Positions 60,752 through 64,000 of a stretch of 64,000 bases of DNA are shown here, piece after piece. The DNA is from an uncultured delta proteobacterium (GTDB lineage Bacteria; Myxococcota_A; Polyangia; Polyangiales; Polyangiaceae), in NCBI GenBank assembly GCA_963716725.1, contig CAVQUB010000015.1, forward strand, positions 64,001-128,000, in the 5' to 3' direction. The notes below the pieces were generated by a model. The model was given only the letters and a program-made list of their open reading frames with translations, was not told the origin of the DNA and did no database searches. The first letter of the stretch is position 1; every line of letters starts with the position of its first letter. Made by a program: the position numbers and the translations under genes.

Positions 60752-61351
60752 CTACTTTCTGCGAGCCCGAAGCCGATCGAGCAAATCGTCCCGATTGGCG
60801 GGTGCGGCGACGGTGCGGGGACCGGGCCGTGCGGGCGGGGCCGAAAGCGACGGCGAGACGACGTCCGGCGTGCTCTGCTCCGGCGTGCTCTGCTCCGGCG
60901 TGCTCTGCTCCGGCGTGCTCTGCTCCGGCGTGCTCTGCTCCGGCGTGCTCTGCTCCACGATGGTCGGTGATTCGACTTCGGCCTCGAGCACCAGCGGCTT
61001 CTGCGGCGGGCGGCGGGAGCGGCGCTCCTTGCGTCGGGCCTCGAGGACGCGGTCGATGAAGCGCTTGGTCGCGGCGTCGAATCGTCGGAAGCGCACCCGC
61101 AGGCCACCGGGTCGGTTGCCGTCGGCCGCTACGACCTTGTGCGCTTTTCCCTCGGCGCGGATGGGCCTGGTGCCATCGTCGAGCACAATCTCGAAGCGCA
61201 CCACGGTGTCTTTGGGCAGCGCGGGCTGGTCGATGAGCATCACGGCCTTGTCGTCGATGGTCCACGCCTCGGCCTCGAGGTAGTCGTCCTCGTTGGCGTA
61301 CGGGCGGTGAACACGCAGAACGACGGGGTCGGTCACGGCGGATTTTGCCAT
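60752..61351 (-). CDS. Degenerate PilZ/TIGR02266-like domain protein with (EQSTP)6 tail
   Basis: VRFEIVLDDG..IRAEG...GLRVRFRRFD...FIDRVL pattern. Confidence 0.65.
   Translation of the reverse strand: MAKSAVTDPVVLRVHRPYANEDDYLEAEAWTIDDKAVMLIDQPALPKDTVVRFEIVLDDGTRPIRAEGKAHKVVAADGNRPGGLRVRFRRFDAATKRFIDRVLEARRKERRSRRPPQKPLVLEAEVESPTIVEQSTPEQSTPEQSTPEQSTPEQSTPEQSTPDVVSPSLSAPPARPGPRTVAAPANRDDLLDRLRARRK
60864..60953. repeat. Perfect 15-bp coding tandem repeat x6
   Basis: tccggcgtgctctgc x6. Confidence 0.95.
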
Positions 61352-61420
61352 TATTAGCGGGACCGCTGCCGCGACGCAATCGATCACGGGGGACTCCATG
61401 CTACGCTCCGCGTCCGCCAC

Positions 61421-62710
61421 ATGACCGGACGGAATGTGCTCGTGTTGGGTGGAGGCGGACGCGAGCACGCGCTGGCCGACGCGCTCCTGGCTTCGGAGTC
61501 GGTGAGCCGAGTCGTGGTGGCGCCCGGCAACGCCGGAACGGCGGAGCGACCACGCTGGATTCCGGACCGCAAAGTGCTCGAGAATCGCGCAGGCCAGGCC
61601 CTCGAAGTCGCTCGCGCTGAGCGGCCCGATCTGGTGGTGGTCGGACCGGAGGGCCCGCTGACGGAAGGCCTCATCGACAATCTAAGGAGCGAGGGGTTCC
61701 TTGCCTACGGACCGTCGCGTCGGGCGGCCGCGCTGGAGGGCTCCAAGTCGTTCATGAAGGAGTTTGCAGCGCGGCACGGGCTCCGGACGGCTCGCTTCGA
61801 GCGCGTGGCCGCGGCCTCGGAAGTCGAGCGGGTGGTCGCCGCATTCGACCTGCCGCCGGTGGTGAAAGCAGACGGCCTCTGCGCAGGCAAGGGTGTGGTG
61901 GTGGCGCGCGATCACGCGGAGGCCGCGCGCGCCGCCCGGGAGATGCTCGCGGGGCGCTTCGGTGAGGCGGGCAGCAGCGTCGTGATCGAAGAGCAGCTGG
62001 TCGGGCAAGAAGCCAGCGTGCACGCCATCTGCGACGGCGAGCGTGCCTTTGTCTTGCCCGCCGCCCGCGATCACAAGCGCATCTTCGACGGCGACGTCGG
62101 ACCGAACACCGGCGGCATGGGCACCTACGCCCCCGCGCCGCTGGTGACTCCCGCCCTCGCCGAGCGCATCGACAAGGAGATCATCCAGCGCGCCCTGGCC
62201 GGCATGGCCGCCGACGGCAATGCCTTCCAAGGCACGCTCTTCGCTGGACTGATGATCACGGCGGCGGGCGAGCCCTACCTGCTCGAGTTCAACGTCCGCT
62301 TCGGTGATCCCGAGACCCAGGTCTTGATGAACGTGCTCGACGGCGATCTGGCGGAGCTGCTCAGCAGCGCGGCCGAGGGCAAGCTTCGTCCTGGTGTCGT
62401 GGCCGTCGCCCCGCGCCACGCGGTGTGTATCGTGCTGGCAGCGCCGGGATATCCTGGCACTCCCGCGACGGGCTCCGTGATCACCGGGCTCGACCGCGCC
62501 GCCGAGATCGAGGGAGTGCGGGTGTATCACGCCGGCACTCGACTCGACCCCGCCGGTTGCGTCACCAGCGGAGGTCGCGTGCTGGGCGTGACCGCGCGCG
62601 GAGCGACGCTGAGCGAGGCGCACGAGCGAGCGTACCGCGCGGCGGATGCCATCGACTTTGCAGGCAAGCAGCTGCGGCGCGACATCGCGGCGCACGCGCT
62701 GGCGCCATGA
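61421..62710 (+). CDS. purD: Phosphoribosylamine--glycine ligase
   Basis: GGGGREHAL, VGPE, KADGLCAGKGV, GPNTGGMG, EFNVRFGDPE, SGGRVL. Confidence 0.97.
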   Translation: MTGRNVLVLGGGGREHALADALLASESVSRVVVAPGNAGTAERPRWIPDRKVLENRAGQALEVARAERPDLVVVGPEGPLTEGLIDNLRSEGFLAYGPSRRAAALEGSKSFMKEFAARHGLRTARFERVAAASEVERVVAAFDLPPVVKADGLCAGKGVVVARDHAEAARAAREMLAGRFGEAGSSVVIEEQLVGQEASVHAICDGERAFVLPAARDHKRIFDGDVGPNTGGMGTYAPAPLVTPALAERIDKEIIQRALAGMAADGNAFQGTLFAGLMITAAGEPYLLEFNVRFGDPETQVLMNVLDGDLAELLSSAAEGKLRPGVVAVAPRHAVCIVLAAPGYPGTPATGSVITGLDRAAEIEGVRVYHAGTRLDPAGCVTSGGRVLGVTARGATLSEAHERAYRAADAIDFAGKQLRRDIAAHALAP

Positions 62711-63318
62711 GCGGCGATTTCGACGCAGCGCTCGCGGCGCTCGCCCGCGGCGGCGTCGTGGCTGCCGCCACCGAGACCTTGTTCGGTCTCTTGGCGGACG
62801 CGACCTCGAGCGACGCCGTGAGGCGCGTCGCGGAGCTCAAGCCGCGGGACGACAAGGCGTTCCCATTGATCTTGCCCACCCGCGCGAGCTGGCCAGACGT
62901 CGCCGAAGAAATACCGGAGGCCGCTCGGGCGCTCGCCGACGAGCTGTGGCCCGGGCCACTCACGATCGCGGTGCAGGCTCGGCCCGGACTCGACGCGCGG
63001 CTGGTCAGTGAGGGCACGGTCGCCGTCCGGTTGCCCGCTGCATCTCCGGCAGCGCGCCTCGCGGCGCGTTTCGGCCGCCCGCTGACGGCCACCAGCGCCA
63101 ACCCGACAGGGCTGCCGCCCACCTTCGACCCAGCGGTAGTGCGCGGGTACTTCGCAGCGCAGATCTCCTCCGGTGAGCTGTTCGTGCTGGGTGACCCGGC
63201 GCCGGGCGGGGCGCCATCGACGGTTGTGGTCGTTCGCGGCAGCGTGGTCGAGGTGGCGCGTGAAGGCGCCATCAGCGGCGAACGGGTGCGAGAGGTGGCG
63301 CGCCGAAAATGCTCTAGC
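62707..63318 (+). CDS. tsaC: L-threonylcarbamoyladenylate synthase (Sua5/YrdC/TsaC); no stop codon before the next gene in this sequence
   Basis: Manual translation: ATETLFGL, LKPR, WPGPLT, AVRLP, ATSAN, PSTVV, REGAI. Absent from the ORF track because the frame runs off the window. Confidence 0.88.
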
Positions 63319-63327
63319 ATGACCCAC

Positions 63328-64000
63328 ATGGTCGACGTCGCTCCGCTAGCTCCGCTCGCCTACGCCCCCGAACTGCTCCCGCTCGTGGTGGCGCCGCCCT
63401 ACGACGTGATCGACGCCGAGCTTCGCGGCACGCTCCAAGCGCGGCATCCGGAGAACGTCGTTCACATCGACTTGCCCAGGGGGGAGGGCGCGGAAAGATA
63501 TGCCGAAGCCCGGCGGCTCTTGAGCAAGTGGCAAGAGCGCGGCGTCCTCCGTCGCGAGCGCCAACCGGCCTTCTGGCGCTACGAGCAGACCTTCGATCCG
63601 CCGGGCGGCGGGCCTCGCCGGACTCGCTGCGGCTTCTTCGCGCTGGTCCGAGTCGAGCCCTACGCGTCCCGAATCATCTTGCCCCACGAGCGGACACTGA
63701 CCGGACCCAAGCTCGATCGCCTCGAACTGGGGCGCGCGACGCGGACGGCAATCTCGCCAGGCTTCATGCTCTACTCGGACCCCGAACGCGTGCTCGATGC
63801 CCACCTGGATGACGGCGACACCTTTGCCGATTTCACCACCGACGACGGCGTGCGACACCGGATTTCTCGCGTCAGCCGCGCGACCTCGGTCGTACGCATT
63901 GCCACGGCGCTCGCCGACGCACGCCTGCTCATTGCCGATGGACACCATCGGTACGAGACCGCGCTGGCGCTATCCGCGGAGATCGATGCCGAGGCGCTGG
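63328..64000 (+). CDS. DUF1015 family protein (truncated by window end), same frame as tsaC
   Basis: Manual translation: VVAPPYDVI, ILPHERT, KLDRLEL, IADGHHRYETA. Confidence 0.88.
   Translation, partial: MVDVAPLAPLAYAPELLPLVVAPPYDVIDAELRGTLQARHPENVVHIDLPRGEGAERYAEARRLLSKWQERGVLRRERQPAFWRYEQTFDPPGGGPRRTRCGFFALVRVEPYASRIILPHERTLTGPKLDRLELGRATRTAISPGFMLYSDPERVLDAHLDDGDTFADFTTDDGVRHRISRVSRATSVVRIATALADARLLIADGHHRYETALALSAEIDAEAL

Overview
High-GC chromosomal window from a myxobacterium, most likely Polyangiales/Sorangium-like. That placement is inferred from Gly-rich lipoproteins, Cys-rich repeat proteins, Ser/Thr kinases and a TIGR02266-like domain. Housekeeping genes: mutY, a partial complex I operon (nuoA-B-C-D-G-H-I), gatB, mtnA, lipA, a 2-oxoacid dehydrogenase E1a/E1b/E2 set, prs-rplY-pth-rpsF-rpsR-rplI-dnaB, obgE, gph, hisZ-purA, dCMP deaminase-ddl and purD-tsaC. 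These are interleaved with surface and secreted protein genes. About 15 single-base frameshifts, 8 of them in nuoB-G, look like consensus errors. I found no rRNA, intact tRNA, CRISPR array or mobile element. Most notable: (1) a lipoprotein peroxiredoxin-like gene with an in-frame UGA in a W-U-P-Y-C motif and a SECIS-like hairpin, probably a selenoprotein; (2) an alpha-2-macroglobulin with a ~6-TM insertion at the bait position, next to a membrane Ser/Thr kinase and a VWA lipoprotein; (3) a NuoH with a ~4-TM insertion; (4) -10 boxes 6-9 nt upstream of many start codons, suggesting frequent leaderless mRNAs; (5) an in-frame TsaC-DUF1015 read-through that the ORF track misses.
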